Assembly: GCF_006345805.1 (NCBI RefSeq)
Contig: NC_043008.1
Location: 58,776,001-58,840,000, forward strand
Origin: Octopus sinensis
Taxonomy: Eukaryota
Direction: 5' to 3'
DNA length: 64,000 nt
A program made the position numbers and the translations under genes. Under the pieces are notes generated by a model. It searched no databases, was not told where the DNA came from, and saw nothing but the letters and a program-made list of their open reading frames with translations. Positions 62,781-64,000 of the stretch are shown in pieces. Each line of letters begins with the position of its first letter. Positions within the stretch are counted from its first letter, which is position 1.

Positions 62781-63266
62781 CGTTGAGAGTGAAAATATAA
62801 TAGAAGGTGAAGTAGAATGAGAGATTAGTTTTCAAGTTTTAGAATTAAGCAAGACAGATATAGCTTGACGCATTGTGTTTAAGTAATGTGTTTAACCGGG
62901 AGAGAATTCCTTTTGTCGAAAATATGAACTAAATCTAACTGCTCACATATGTCATAGAACAGGTGACGATATAGATATAAATGAATAGGTAAATAACTAT
63001 TCATTTTGGCGCCGTGGTTCAGCTTGGAATTCATAAATCACGTAAATCTTGTTATATGACCAGTTCATTATCTTGCCCATATGTCATTCGCTGATGAATG
63101 CATACAGACCTATAGAGAATTAGCATAAATTTGCATATGTCAGTGGCACATATACACAAATACATATCCGGACATAAATATATTTCATATGGGTGGTAAA
63201 TACTGTTGTTTATATATACATGTGTGTGCACATATGTGTGCGTATTTGTGGGCCTACATATATATG

Positions 63267-63315
<49 letters not shown>

Positions 63316-63650
63316 ATTTCGTTTTGGGATTTGGTTTGCAAGATTATTTATATGAGTTCGTGTTTTGAAGCATATTCTGTTGTGTCTGGGGAGAGTCATT
63401 TTCTTTTTTTGCCTTAAGATTTACCACACTCACCAGTAAAATTTCCACTTATTTCTTATTTTTATTTAACTAAAATTTTCGTTGCGTCTTGCAATCTTTT
63501 CAATAGTCTTGACTCTTGAAAGGTTGCAAGACGAAACGAAAATTTTGGGAAAATAAAAATAAGAAATAAATGGAAATTTTACCGGTGAGTGTGTTAAATC
63601 GTAAGGCACAAAAAGAAAATGACTCTCCCCAGACAAAACACAGAGTATTT
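63316..63650. mobile_element. Hairpin MITE family, copy 2
   Basis: aaattttcgttgcgtcttgcaa...ttgcaagacgaaacgaaaattt core and ggagagtcattttctttt/aaaagaaaatgactctcc outer arms; shares the tttggtttgcaagatt leader with copy 1. Confidence 0.8.
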
Positions 63651-63654
63651 ACAT

Positions 63655-64000
63655 ATATATATGTAAAGCTGAAGTTGTCTGTGTATGGCATGTCTGGTAG
63701 CCTTCAACTAACACTATCTCCTTCGAGACCCTGCGGCTCAAGTTGACCAAAATTCAGAGTATGATAGAAAAAGGTTTGCTCTGCTTTACGTAGAAGAAAA
63801 AATTCAAATCGGACCTTGTTAACACCAAAAATTACTTACTTTAAAAAATTGCTTTTTTTCTATGAAAATCCCTATTTTTCACGATTCTTTGACTGCTGTG
63901 TCGCCATTTTTCCGTGTATTTCAACCAGTAAAAGCTTCACTTTAAGAGAATAACAAACTACCTAATTCAAAATCTTTACTTTTCAAAAGTTCCAATTCTA
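63655..64000. mobile_element. Start of another repeat, possibly Helitron-like, truncated by the window end
   Basis: (ta)n-gtaaagctgaagttgtctgtg...ttgaccaaaatt leader; assignment from recall only. Confidence 0.3.

Noticed and set aside
1-64000. Prokaryotic, viral or horizontally transferred operon-like system
   Set aside because: No gene-dense segment, ribosome-binding-site pattern or compositional island; all coding-like tracts are decayed eukaryotic transposon fragments

Overview
AT-rich, repeat-dense eukaryotic DNA. The tRNA-derived SINE families, Penelope-type fragments and long (TA)/(CA)/(TATG) microsatellites resemble those I recall from octopus genomes; the taxon is an inference, not a database result. 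No intact, confidently identifiable protein-coding gene, RNA gene or CRISPR array is present. The long ORFs in the track are mostly microsatellite or repeat artefacts. The window looks like an intergenic region or a large intron. It holds about 30 tRNA-head SINE copies from several head/tail families, five Tc1/mariner relics, LINE and Penelope-like fragments, foldback MITEs (one family carries a TTAGGG-like core) and microsatellite-bounded tandem duplications. The best lead is a ~2 kb retroelement flanked by a target-site duplication (TSD) at 50774-52802. It carries only a decayed ORF1/gag-like frame and no reverse transcriptase, and its 3' tail matches that of the dominant SINE family. That SINE family also shows a recurrent tail-GGTA junction and a dimeric form. 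A few splice-signal-bounded candidate exons are reported at low confidence. Coordinates were read by eye and element edges are approximate unless a TSD or terminal inverted repeat (TIR) is quoted.
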